DNA of 54,288 bases from a bacterium (GTDB lineage: Bacteria > Patescibacteriota > Microgenomatia > UBA10105 > UBA927): assembly GCA_021817785.1 (NCBI GenBank), contig JAKAFY010000008.1:1-54288 (forward strand). Reading direction: 5' to 3'. Position numbers and translations under genes: made by a program. The notes under the pieces were generated by a model. That model ran no database searches, was not told the origin of the DNA, and saw nothing but the letters and a program-made list of their open reading frames with translations. Positions 18,991-27,538 of the stretch are shown one piece after another. Within the stretch, counting starts at the first letter, position 1, and the number at the start of each line of letters is the position of its first letter.

Positions 18991-20685
18991 ATGGGAAAAC
19001 AGCGCATGAAAAAACATACACTTGCTTCGGTCGTATCCGCATGTTTAGGTATCGCACTTGTCTTCCTCGTCATCCGTCCGCTATTTGTCCCGTACCTGTT
19101 GGGCACGGCCGACGGATTTGCGCACATGTATCGCCTCGTCAATTTCGATGCCGCATTGTCCCAGGGTATTGTTCGTCCGCGGTGGATCGCCGGAGCGGCA
19201 TTAGGGTATGGCGCGCCGCTGTTTATCTTTAATTATGCCGTCCCGTATTATATCGTTGATGCGATCTATCGCATTGGATTTTCCATACAGACGTCATCAC
19301 AAATCTACGCCGCCATTACTCTTATGGCCTCCTTTGGCGCAATGTATCTTTTGGTTCGACGCTTGTGGGGCACGTGGGCGGGGGTGGTTTCCGCAGCAGT
19401 CTACACGTTTGCTCCCTATCACCTGATCACGACGTATTCCTACGCGGCATGGGGCGAAATGCTGGCGTTTGTATTTCCGCCGCTCATCCTCCTCTGTTTG
19501 TATACCGCCGACCATGTTCCGGCAAGTGAGCGCCGGCAAAAAAATATTTGGTATACCGGGACAGTTGCCTTGTGGGTGCTTTTTATCCTTACCCATAATA
19601 TTTCCTCATTTATGATGTCTCCCGTCATTCTGTTTTTGGCCTTCATACTGGGCAAGTGTACATGGGCTTCCTTCGTGTATCTTATGCGGATAGCGGTGCT
19701 GGTTGTGCTCCTTTCCTGTTTTTTCCTTCTTCCGGCGGTCATGCTTACCGGTACCATAAACATCCCTGCACTGCTTGCCAAAGAAATCGCGCTGCGCACC
19801 GATTATATGATCCCCCTCACGCAGCAGATGCGTACGTCTTATGCCGTTCTGTTCGGGCAGCATATTGTGTATAAAGAATTCACAATCGGAGTACCCATCA
19901 TTATGGTGCTCTGTTTTGGGGCGCTGATGCTCGTATGGAACGGCGTCAAAAAACGCGTGTCCCCCGCGGACTGGTCGCTCGTAGTACTTCTTATCCTTTC
20001 CCTTATGTTGGTCGATCCGTTCTTCCGGGCACTTTACGTGTTCCGTCCGCTGCAATACGTCCTGTATCCTTACCGGTTTCTTTTTCTGGCAACGTTTTCG
20101 GGAAGCGTCCTTTCGGGATATCTCTTCCGGAAATCTGTTGTTGCGGGAGTACTCCTCATCGTGCTTGCCGTGCTGTTTGGCTATCCGTTCACACATCCGT
20201 ATATCGAACTCTTTCCGTTTCCGCCGTCCTATTTTTCCCGGCCGCAGATGGTAGGCTACGCTGTCCCGACGCTGAAAACCATGGGCACCGCGGAATTCCT
20301 TCCTGCTACCGCGGACATGGATTTCCTAAAACAGGAAGAACACCAGTACCTTGCCCACGGCACGCTGCCGGAAAAATTCATACTTCCCGTCGGAGCAGGG
20401 AGTGTCTCTAACCCCGTCATCCGGCAGGAAACGCTCTCGCTTGCCGTCCATGCCGTAAAAGACACATCACTTACGGTGAGTACGCTCTATTATCCGGACT
20501 GGAAAGCAACGGTAGATGGAGCGTCAGTCCGGGTCGGCCATGATCGGCAGGGCCGGATCGTACTTGCCGTGCCTCGGGGCGCGCACACGGTCAAACTCTA
20601 TTTCGGCTATAGTACGGTTGAATATATCGGAGGTGTCATGAGTATCATCGGTATCGTCCTTTTTATCGCATCGCTTTTCCTATGA
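18991..20685 (+). CDS. polytopic membrane protein, GT-C-like (PTPS-related/YfhO-like family)
   Basis: 564 aa with many TM helices. The N-terminal loop motif GTADGFAHMYRLVNFDAALSQGIVRPRW is typical of that family as I recall it. Confidence 0.5.
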   Translation: MGKQRMKKHTLASVVSACLGIALVFLVIRPLFVPYLLGTADGFAHMYRLVNFDAALSQGIVRPRWIAGAALGYGAPLFIFNYAVPYYIVDAIYRIGFSIQTSSQIYAAITLMASFGAMYLLVRRLWGTWAGVVSAAVYTFAPYHLITTYSYAAWGEMLAFVFPPLILLCLYTADHVPASERRQKNIWYTGTVALWVLFILTHNISSFMMSPVILFLAFILGKCTWASFVYLMRIAVLVVLLSCFFLLPAVMLTGTINIPALLAKEIALRTDYMIPLTQQMRTSYAVLFGQHIVYKEFTIGVPIIMVLCFGALMLVWNGVKKRVSPADWSLVVLLILSLMLVDPFFRALYVFRPLQYVLYPYRFLFLATFSGSVLSGYLFRKSVVAGVLLIVLAVLFGYPFTHPYIELFPFPPSYFSRPQMVGYAVPTLKTMGTAEFLPATADMDFLKQEEHQYLAHGTLPEKFILPVGAGSVSNPVIRQETLSLAVHAVKDTSLTVSTLYYPDWKATVDGASVRVGHDRQGRIVLAVPRGAHTVKLYFGYSTVEYIGGVMSIIGIVLFIASLFL

Positions 20686-22256
20686 TCATGCCCGTGCTCA
20701 TCACCCTCCTTGGCGCATTGTTCCGGTTTACCAATTTGAATTGGGACATGGGAGGCAGACTGCATCCCGATGAAGCCCTCATCGTAAACGGCGCACTCGC
20801 GATCAAATATTTTTCACAATTATTCCCGGGGTTCCATGACTATAACGGATATTCCGTATACCTTCTGAAAACGTCCTCGCTGATTACCTCATTCATACTC
20901 AGGTCACCATACTGGTCTGCGTCCCCGGAGGGAGTCACCCTCGTCGGCCGGTTTCTTTCGGCCCTCCTCGCCACGCTTTCCATTCCGCTCGTCTACGCAC
21001 TGGCGAAACGGATATGGAACAAGCCGGTCGGCATACTCGCGGGAGTATTGTTTGCCTGTACCCCGCTTCTTATACAGCTTTCCCATTTTTATACCACGGA
21101 AAGCATACTTATATTTCTGCTGCTGCTCCTTCTTCACGGTGCCGTTTCCTATACCAAAAAACCGCATATCGGATCCTGCATATCTATGGCTATCCCGATG
21201 GGTCTGCTTCTTGCCACAAAAAATACGGCGTATCTCTTTCTCCCGATCCCCATAGGCATCATTCTTATCACCGGATCTCGGCATAGATATGTATTCTTTG
21301 TGTCACTTGCGTTACTTGTACTCATAAGCTTCTTTATGGGTTCTCCGTATTCGTTTCTAGATAGCGCCGGCTACCTCACCCGCTCGCGGTATGTAGCCGA
21401 TGTCGTCGGCGGCAGGCTTCTTATGGACTGGACCATGCAGTTTCAGGATTCGGCGCCGTTTTTCTGGATTCCCAATCTTCTTTTCGCGTTCGGGCCTGCG
21501 GCGGCGGGCATCATCGGCGCCATCAGCATGCTTCTGCTCCGGAAAACATGGAGGAAATGTTCTGTTATCCCGGTGTTTTCCCTCTGGACTGTTTCCTATC
21601 TCGTATTTCTTTCCGTCACCTATCTGAAATTTATCCGCTATAGCGCCCCACTCGCGCCGTTTCTTGCGTTGTTTACGGCGAAATTGGTGTGGGATATCCG
21701 CAATACGCCGATAGGAAAAAGTATTGGAACGGTATGTGTCGGCACACAAATCCTGTGGGCTATCATGTTCTTTCACATTTACCTTATCCCCAACCCAAGC
21801 CTTACCGCAGCTATATGGATAGCCAGGCATGTACCACCGCACTCGGTTATCCTTACGGAAACATGGAACAGCATCATCCGGTTTGACCGGCCGCCGCTCA
21901 CCACCCAGCAATATGGCTTCCGTTCGTTTAACGGATATGCTGCCGACACCCATGACAAGCAACTCTTCCTGGCTTCGCAACTCGAACATTCCGATTATGT
22001 CGTGATTGAAAGTCCGAAAGTAAAAAATACCATTTCCCGACTGCGCGGCAGGTATCCGGCAACGCATGCGTTTTATACGGATCTGGATAGCGGCAAACTG
22101 GGATTTACAAAAGTTGCCGAATTCTCTTCCTATCCCCAACTCGGGCCTTTCGCGGTAAACGACACGTTCGCCGAAGAAACATGGTATGACTTCGATCACC
22201 CTACCGTCACGGTATATAAAAAATCAGTACCGTTATCCGCGGGACAATATCCATAA
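20682..22256 (+). CDS. polytopic membrane protein, GT-C/ArnT-PMT-like (DUF2298-like) glycosyltransferase candidate
   Basis: 524 aa with many TM helices and a first-loop motif GGRLHPDEALIV. It has an ATGA overlap with the upstream gene. Confidence 0.5.
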   Translation: MIMPVLITLLGALFRFTNLNWDMGGRLHPDEALIVNGALAIKYFSQLFPGFHDYNGYSVYLLKTSSLITSFILRSPYWSASPEGVTLVGRFLSALLATLSIPLVYALAKRIWNKPVGILAGVLFACTPLLIQLSHFYTTESILIFLLLLLLHGAVSYTKKPHIGSCISMAIPMGLLLATKNTAYLFLPIPIGIILITGSRHRYVFFVSLALLVLISFFMGSPYSFLDSAGYLTRSRYVADVVGGRLLMDWTMQFQDSAPFFWIPNLLFAFGPAAAGIIGAISMLLLRKTWRKCSVIPVFSLWTVSYLVFLSVTYLKFIRYSAPLAPFLALFTAKLVWDIRNTPIGKSIGTVCVGTQILWAIMFFHIYLIPNPSLTAAIWIARHVPPHSVILTETWNSIIRFDRPPLTTQQYGFRSFNGYAADTHDKQLFLASQLEHSDYVVIESPKVKNTISRLRGRYPATHAFYTDLDSGKLGFTKVAEFSSYPQLGPFAVNDTFAEETWYDFDHPTVTVYKKSVPLSAGQYP

Positions 22257-22985
22257 TCCGGCAGCCGCTACCGCGGTCCACGCCGTGAGTGGCGTTATTG
22301 CAACGATGCTTAATTGTTTATCCAGAGAAAAGAGTCGGGGCATGTTATTGAGGAGAGACGCATAAAATAAAACCGGCAATATGAGGAGATAATCAAATCG
22401 CACCGTCTTCACAGGACTGAGCCATAAAAACATAAGTGTCGTCACCAAACCTACCAGGTACCACCCCAAAAAATTCTGCCATGGGATTCCAAAATATGCG
22501 CTCCCCCGTTCCCAGTGCCACAGCCGTACGGTGTGCACTGCTACCGGATCTATGATGAAATCTACGGATACGAGAATCAGCGGGATAAAAACGACCTCCC
22601 ACCAGTACGGCATTGCAAATGCCGAGACGATAATGACGGCAAGGTTAAATGATACATATTTAAATATGACCCAGGCAAACGATATTTCTATGGGGTATAC
22701 CCCAAGCAACCGGATGTTTGAAGCGAAAAAGGCATGATTCGTATCATATCTGTACGTGACCCCAAATACGTTATATGGAGTTTTCAGACTCATGAGTTCC
22801 GCAGCAGTGCTCAGGATGTACGTTACACCCAACAGGTACAAAATATGGGGTCCGTACAAATACAATCCATGGGCGACAATCGCAATCAGGGCAAATACGG
22901 CAAAGTAAATAAACTTCCTTGTAAACCGCTGTACCAGAAACGGCGCCAGAGAAAGAACACCGATGACAATTGCAGTGCTATCCAT
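22233..22985 (-). CDS. integral membrane protein, DUF422 ('carotenoid biosynthesis protein')-like
   Basis: About 250 aa and multi-TM. The motif FGIPWQNFLGWYLVG resembles that family. I place the start at ATG 22985, which overlaps the stop of the upstream gene by 1 nt (TGATG); the track start is 23054. Confidence 0.4.
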   Translation of the reverse strand: MDSTAIVIGVLSLAPFLVQRFTRKFIYFAVFALIAIVAHGLYLYGPHILYLLGVTYILSTAAELMSLKTPYNVFGVTYRYDTNHAFFASNIRLLGVYPIEISFAWVIFKYVSFNLAVIIVSAFAMPYWWEVVFIPLILVSVDFIIDPVAVHTVRLWHWERGSAYFGIPWQNFLGWYLVGLVTTLMFLWLSPVKTVRFDYLLILPVLFYASLLNNMPRLFSLDKQLSIVAITPLTAWTAVAAAGLWILSRG

Positions 22986-23437
22986 CAGCGCATCACCTTT
23001 GCAAATACCATAGAGGCGACCAACACCGTTACCCAATTTGCCCCCAACCACCACCCCAGGAGTGAGAGCGGCACGTTAAACAGCAGATACATGGGAAACG
23101 ATGCGAATACGATGGAAAGCCCTACCATGATGTCGGTAAACCCGACTACCTGTGCCCAGTACTTTTTTCCGAAAAGCGGCTGCATAAATTCAAATACGGC
23201 AGACAGCGTGCACCCGGTCACATAGGTGAAAAGCAATGATATCACGAAAAATGAAAGCGGCGGCGGACCGGATGACGTCATCATAAGCTTGCTCCATAAA
23301 CCGGAAAGTGCCGGATCCTGGTAATATTTCATCGTAAAGAAAATCTCGATCTGCATGACGATTTCTGCAATCACGACATACCAAAATCCCGAGATAAGGA
23401 TCTTTTTCCACTGCAATGTTTTCATCCATGCACTCAT
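22985..23437 (-). CDS. hypothetical membrane protein
   Basis: About 150 aa with 4 hydrophobic segments. I place the start at ATG 23437 because AAGGAGG lies 5-6 nt upstream; the track start TTG 23455 is less likely. Confidence 0.55.
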   Translation of the reverse strand: MSAWMKTLQWKKILISGFWYVVIAEIVMQIEIFFTMKYYQDPALSGLWSKLMMTSSGPPPLSFFVISLLFTYVTGCTLSAVFEFMQPLFGKKYWAQVVGFTDIMVGLSIVFASFPMYLLFNVPLSLLGWWLGANWVTVLVASMVFAKVMR

Positions 23438-23451
23438 AACATCCTCCTTTT

Positions 23452-24264
23452 TCAATCCATAAACGTATGGCTATGGATTATAGTTTGTAACGCGGTATGC
23501 AGCGCTTTCGGCGCTGCACACACCGTATAAAGTGTAGACACTTTTGTCATAGGATTGCTGTAATCCATCGTACGTCCGATAAAGTCCGTAAACTGCCCGC
23601 CCGCTTCTTTTATGATAATCTCCGGCGCGACGTTATCCCATATTTTCGTCGTGCGGTTCAACCACGCGCCGTATTTGCCGGTGGCCACCGCCATCTGGTC
23701 AAAGCAGCTGTTGCTGCTCCGCATATTGCGTGCGCGCATGGAAATGTCGACAAAAAGCGCTGCTTCCTTTTCCGTATCGTGCGGCTTATCGGGATACGCA
23801 TCAAGCGCATAGGCAATAAGCGCGTGGCGTAGTACCGGGTCATCGCTCACGCGGATAGGCGTGTCGTTGCAAAACGCCCCCTCCCCTTGTTCCGCGTAAT
23901 ACAATTCGTCAAATGCGGGCAAAAGCACTCCTCCGGCAATCGGTTCCGCCCCGCGCAACAGCCCCACCATGACGCCATACATCGGGAGTGCTTTGGCGAA
24001 ATCGCTCGTGCCGTCTATGGGATCGATGACCCAGGTCATTTCAGACCCGTTGTCCACACCGCGCGTTTCTTCATCGATGATATTGTCTGTAGGATACGAC
24101 TCACGAATCCGGGAAACCAAAAGTGTGCTTATGGCGATATCCGTTTCCGTCACCACCTGATTCTGGTCCCCGCCCTTTATGGACGCTATCGCTTTTCCGT
24201 ATCCCTCTTGGGCGATCTTGCCGGCATCCTCTAGCAAAGAAGTGATAAAGGATCGGTACTTCAT
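23452..24264 (-). CDS. inositol monophosphatase family protein (SuhB-like)
   Basis: 270 aa with the motifs WVIDPIDGTSDF and EETRG. Confidence 0.85.
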   Translation of the reverse strand: MKYRSFITSLLEDAGKIAQEGYGKAIASIKGGDQNQVVTETDIAISTLLVSRIRESYPTDNIIDEETRGVDNGSEMTWVIDPIDGTSDFAKALPMYGVMVGLLRGAEPIAGGVLLPAFDELYYAEQGEGAFCNDTPIRVSDDPVLRHALIAYALDAYPDKPHDTEKEAALFVDISMRARNMRSSNSCFDQMAVATGKYGAWLNRTTKIWDNVAPEIIIKEAGGQFTDFIGRTMDYSNPMTKVSTLYTVCAAPKALHTALQTIIHSHTFMD

Positions 24265-24265
24265 A

Positions 24266-24571
24266 CTATCGGCCGAATCCCATAAACAAAAGTGCCAGCG
24301 CTACCGCGGTGACGGCCCCGAACGCGAGGACGGTTTGGAGAAACAACTGTACCGCGGCTTTCTTCTTTCCGTCGAAATACAACACTGTGGGAGTATAACA
24401 AAACACGTATCCCATCACGGCGGCAGATAGAGTAAAAAGACAGATGACGGCAAGCGGAGCCATGAAGCTCGGCCCGTGCGGGGCATAACGGGTTCCGTAA
24501 TACATGACGAAACTGATAAACGTTATATACAGACCGGCGACAAGCGCATTCAGAACGGGATTTTTTGTCAT
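24266..24571 (-). CDS. small hypothetical membrane protein (3 TM)
   Basis: 101 aa, hydrophobic. It is separated by 1 nt from the downstream IMPase gene. Confidence 0.5.
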   Translation of the reverse strand: MTKNPVLNALVAGLYITFISFVMYYGTRYAPHGPSFMAPLAVICLFTLSAAVMGYVFCYTPTVLYFDGKKKAAVQLFLQTVLAFGAVTAVALALLFMGFGR

Positions 24572-24613
24572 TACCTACATTATATACCCTGATTCAAATA
24601 CAAACTCGAGTCG

Positions 24614-24642
24614 ATTTAATCGAGGGTAAAACATGGTATAAT
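24614..24642 (+). promoter_or_regulatory. candidate promoter for the tRNA gene (extended -10)
   Basis: TGgTATAAT at 24634..24642 is a perfect extended -10, with a weak -35-like TTTAAT at 24615..24620. This would give a leader of about 109 nt before the tRNA. Confidence 0.3.
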
Positions 24643-24757
24643 ACCAAAGTTCTTTTACATTCCCCTGCTTGTCCGCCGAAGTACTCACGCCAGTCGGGAC
24701 GAAGGAGGATAGCTCAATGGGAATGTAATTGAATAATGACTTTAACAAGTTAATAAT

Positions 24758-25038
24758 TCCCCTGTAGCTCAACGGTAGAGCGGCTTCCTGTCGGTTAGGC
24801 AGCTTTTCGTAGTAATACGGATTGAAAAATCGGGCTAATTCGGGAAACCCCGTCATATTTGACGGATAATCCCGAGCTAAATTGATGTACTAAATGGTAC
24901 GTCATAAATGTGTAGAGACTATATACCCGAGTCTCGTCCTCGACGAAAGTTAGGACGGATATGAGATAGTCCAGACCTTTTGGTAACAGAAGGATTACTG
25001 TAAGAAGAAGGTTGCTGGTCCGAATCCAGCCGGGGGAG
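24758..25038 (+). tRNA. tRNA-Asn(GUU) interrupted by a group I intron (exons 24758..24791 and 25001..25038)
   Basis: The joined exons fold as a 72-nt cloverleaf. Acceptor stem is TCCCCTG/CGGGGGA, D arm GCTC-AACGGTA-GAGC and anticodon stem GCTTC/GAAGA (with a 27:43 mismatch). The anticodon loop is CTGTTAA, the T arm GCTGG-TCCGAAT-CCAGC and the discriminator G. CCA is not encoded. Confidence 0.75.
24792..25000 (+). ncRNA. group I self-splicing intron, small (209 nt), no ORF
   Basis: The 5' exon ends in U (24791), which can form a wobble with G24799 in a P1 helix (24788..24792 with 24798..24802). UUA at 24795..24797 can pair with the first 3 nt of exon 2 (P10), and the last intron nucleotide is G (25000). 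Core-like strings are AATCCCGAGCTAAAT (24868..24882), GTGTAGAGACTA (24910..24921) and a P7-like pair GACTAT (24917..24922) / ATAGTC (24966..24971). There are also GNRA-capped hairpins. Confidence 0.7.
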
Positions 25039-25078
25039 CAATTTTAATTTAGAGCGTCAGAACAATACAAAATTCGTT

Positions 25079-25831
25079 TTACTCATTCTCCGACGTAACG
25101 TTTGAATCTGCCACTCTTGTTGGTTTAGAAATTACGGTGATATTGGGTCTACCTTTAAAAGCGCGTTTATATATCCTTGCTCTCTGTGGATCCGGCGCTA
25201 TAAATTCAATCGCACACTTTGGGTCAATTGATGTAATAAAGTCATACATATCTCTCATAAATTTCCTGCTTGTCTCTAAAGAACGTCCATCCATTGTGGA
25301 AGAAAGCTTCGCTTCAAAAGCTCGGTCAGCGGCTTTCTCAAGAACTTTATTAGCAAGAGCCCCGAGTGCTTTACGTTGATTAACTGCTCTGCCAACTATT
25401 CTTAATACATTTGTTGCTTTGATTACGCGTTTCAACTTAGCCGCATCTTTTTCAAACGCAAACGATATCGTCATAATCTTTTCAGGCAAATTTGTTGTTT
25501 CCTCTCTTGGTTCCAAGATGGAGCCGCCCGAATGATAAGCCATGTTGTAGCAAGAAAAGGCAACTGCTCTTCCCAAGTGTTGAAAACCAAACGTCATTCT
25601 TGTTGGTTCAACGTATCCTGCTGTTAATATTTGTTTAGGCATTTTTTCCTCAAATCTTCTTTTGGGTATCAAGAATGGAGTGTCAAGCCTTCTGACTCTA
25701 TCGAACGCACTGACGCCGATGAAGCCTCTGATTTTATCCAACTCGTGATCATGAGGAGATCGTTCTGCATCTAAGACACGACTTAGCCCCTCTACTTTAT
25801 GTGTTTGTAAAAATTGATGAGATTCTTGCAT
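25079..25831 (-). CDS. hypothetical protein (no family recognised)
   Basis: A 250-aa ORF with an ATG start, located 40 nt from the tRNA 3' end. It is soluble-looking and Lys/Arg-rich, with no motif that I can name. Confidence 0.5.
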   Translation of the reverse strand: MQESHQFLQTHKVEGLSRVLDAERSPHDHELDKIRGFIGVSAFDRVRRLDTPFLIPKRRFEEKMPKQILTAGYVEPTRMTFGFQHLGRAVAFSCYNMAYHSGGSILEPREETTNLPEKIMTISFAFEKDAAKLKRVIKATNVLRIVGRAVNQRKALGALANKVLEKAADRAFEAKLSSTMDGRSLETSRKFMRDMYDFITSIDPKCAIEFIAPDPQRARIYKRAFKGRPNITVISKPTRVADSNVTSENE

Positions 25832-26030
25832 AAAAGCAATATGTTGATCTATTTGTTCTAATTATACATATTAAGCAAAAGATTGATAAAAGTTTCGAAT
25901 ATCGTCCATTGTCCGGAGCAAAATAGATACGATCTAATCCATTCTATTGTTCGGGCGCTGGTTTGTCGTAGAGCAAATTGACTCTAGAGAAGGTCTTTTT
26001 ATAACTATATTAGTTTGATATTATTTGAGT

Positions 26031-26393
26031 ATGGATTCAAATAAGGAAATTGCTCTCTCATTTCTCCGTATGTCAACTTCGGGAAGTATTGACGAAGCAT
26101 ATGGGAAATATGTTAGTTCTAACTTTCATCACCATAATCCATATTTTCATGATGATGCCGCGTCTCTTAAAGAAGGCATGAAGGATAATAAAAAAAGATT
26201 TCCAAATAAAATCTACAAGGTAATACAAGCGCTTGAGGATGGAGATTTAGTTGCAGTTCATGGATTGGTGAAACTCTCAGAGAAGATGCAAATAGCAGTT
26301 GTTCATATTCTTCGTTTTGAAAACGGTAAGATAGTTGAGATGTGGGACATTGGACAACAAATACCTAAAGATGCTGTAAACAGTATGTTTTAG
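26031..26393 (+). CDS. SnoaL-like / NTF2-fold protein
   Basis: About 120 aa. The pattern ...EIALSFLRM...YVSSNFHHHNP...GDLVAVHG...ILRFENGKIVEMWD is typical of SnoaL-like polyketide-cyclase-fold proteins. I used ATG 26031; the track uses TTG 26025. Confidence 0.65.
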   Translation: MDSNKEIALSFLRMSTSGSIDEAYGKYVSSNFHHHNPYFHDDAASLKEGMKDNKKRFPNKIYKVIQALEDGDLVAVHGLVKLSEKMQIAVVHILRFENGKIVEMWDIGQQIPKDAVNSMF

Positions 26394-26457
26394 AAATTGC
26401 TGCAACTCACCTACTGAATAGATTCGACTTTGATAGTATCAAATAGGTACACATAAA

Positions 26458-26829
26458 ATGAAAAGACCAATATTCTTAACAATATGGCTCGTTATCATGC
26501 TTCTATTCTCTGTCGCGCTTTCTGTTGACTCGCTCACATATCTTCCCATGATACGTCTTACGAAAAACTACATCAGTCTTATTGGGATAGTTGCTGGTTT
26601 TGCGCAGATTGTAGCGTTAATCTGGCTTCTGCGATGGAAAAGGTCAGGCGTTACGCTTTTACTATCTTCTATGATTGTCGTGTTTCTCATCACGGCAATA
26701 AACGAATTTTACGTTACGTCCAATATGAACCAAATACTGATCAGTCTGTCGCTTGTCCTACTCGTAAACATCATCATGCTTGGCATTTTATACTTGGCTA
26801 TAAAGCCGGTTTGGAAAAAATTCACATAG
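26458..26829 (+). CDS. hypothetical membrane protein (4 TM)
   Basis: 123 aa and strongly hydrophobic, with an ATG start. Confidence 0.45.
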   Translation: MKRPIFLTIWLVIMLLFSVALSVDSLTYLPMIRLTKNYISLIGIVAGFAQIVALIWLLRWKRSGVTLLLSSMIVVFLITAINEFYVTSNMNQILISLSLVLLVNIIMLGILYLAIKPVWKKFT

Positions 26830-27086
26830 AGATTGGGAGACAATAAACGACAGTCTTTTCCGCAGCACACAGAGAAGCTGACAGCAACAGATCTGATGTA
26901 TCGGTATTACGGAAGTCTGAACTAGAAAAAACGACCTGTGGCAGCTGCTCTGGTCTGAAGATGCAGAGTTTTCCGACTCCTCTCATACGCTTGTTGCCAA
27001 CGGCAAACCCAAAATTATTCAGTCATCCAACACGTTCCTTAGTAATATTAAGCTTCGTGAGTAGATGATGCGGATGTTATAGACTT

Positions 27087-27401
27087 TTACAAAACGCTGC
27101 GGCTTCTTGCTTTTTGAGAATTACTAATAACCGCCCAGGCAGCCATAATAATACTTGGGTAGTCTCCCTTAATAAAATTCTTCGGATTAGGTGTGAGCAT
27201 TAATATTGCAATTCTGTTTGCTTCCTGTAACTTAATCATGGCGCCATTTTGATCCCTATCGAATTTACGAGCAGCTTGAAATGCAATCCGTCGATATTGT
27301 GGATTGTTAACACATTGTAATACTAATCTAAGATTTTTTCCCGTCGAGCAGAACCTTTTCTTTTGTCTGAAAGGGAAACGCCTGTAGCTAAAACATCTGC
27401 C
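27087..27401 (-). pseudogene. start-less open frame of 104 codons, possibly a 5'-truncated gene remnant
   Basis: The minus-strand frame is open from the TGA at 27404..27402 down to the TAA at 27089..27087. It reads ...NNPQYRRIAFQAARKFDRDQNGAMIKLQEANRIAILMLTPNPKNFIKGDYPSIIMAAWAVISNSQKARSRSVL. There is no ATG, GTG or TTG before the ATG at 27239, which would leave only 50 aa. It lies in a 709-bp stretch without track ORFs. Confidence 0.3.
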
Positions 27402-27538
27402 TCATTAAATTTTCTCACGTTGTATATTATATGCCGGTATACACATTTTTGCCATAGAATTGGAAATCTGATCCCAATTACTTCTACTCAAACAAAGATT
27501 TCATATTCCCCATTCCATCTTCTTGATATACTATTTCG

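Noticed and set aside
21357-22199. A 280-aa minus-strand ORF, with similar ones at 19606..20196 and 19440..19799.
   Set aside because: They are antisense to well-supported polytopic membrane protein genes. Their Arg/Gly/Pro-rich composition is typical of reverse-frame artefacts.
24751-24757. TAATAAT directly abutting the tRNA 5' end, with TTGAAT 16-17 nt upstream, as a possible tRNA promoter.
   Set aside because: A -10 ending at 24757 would start transcription inside the mature tRNA. The extended -10 at 24634..24642 is a more sensible candidate.
24575-24856. Track ORF of 93 aa on the minus strand.
   Set aside because: It lies antisense across the tRNA-Asn exon 1 and the group I intron. It has no SD and no recognisable family, and the RNA features explain the region better.
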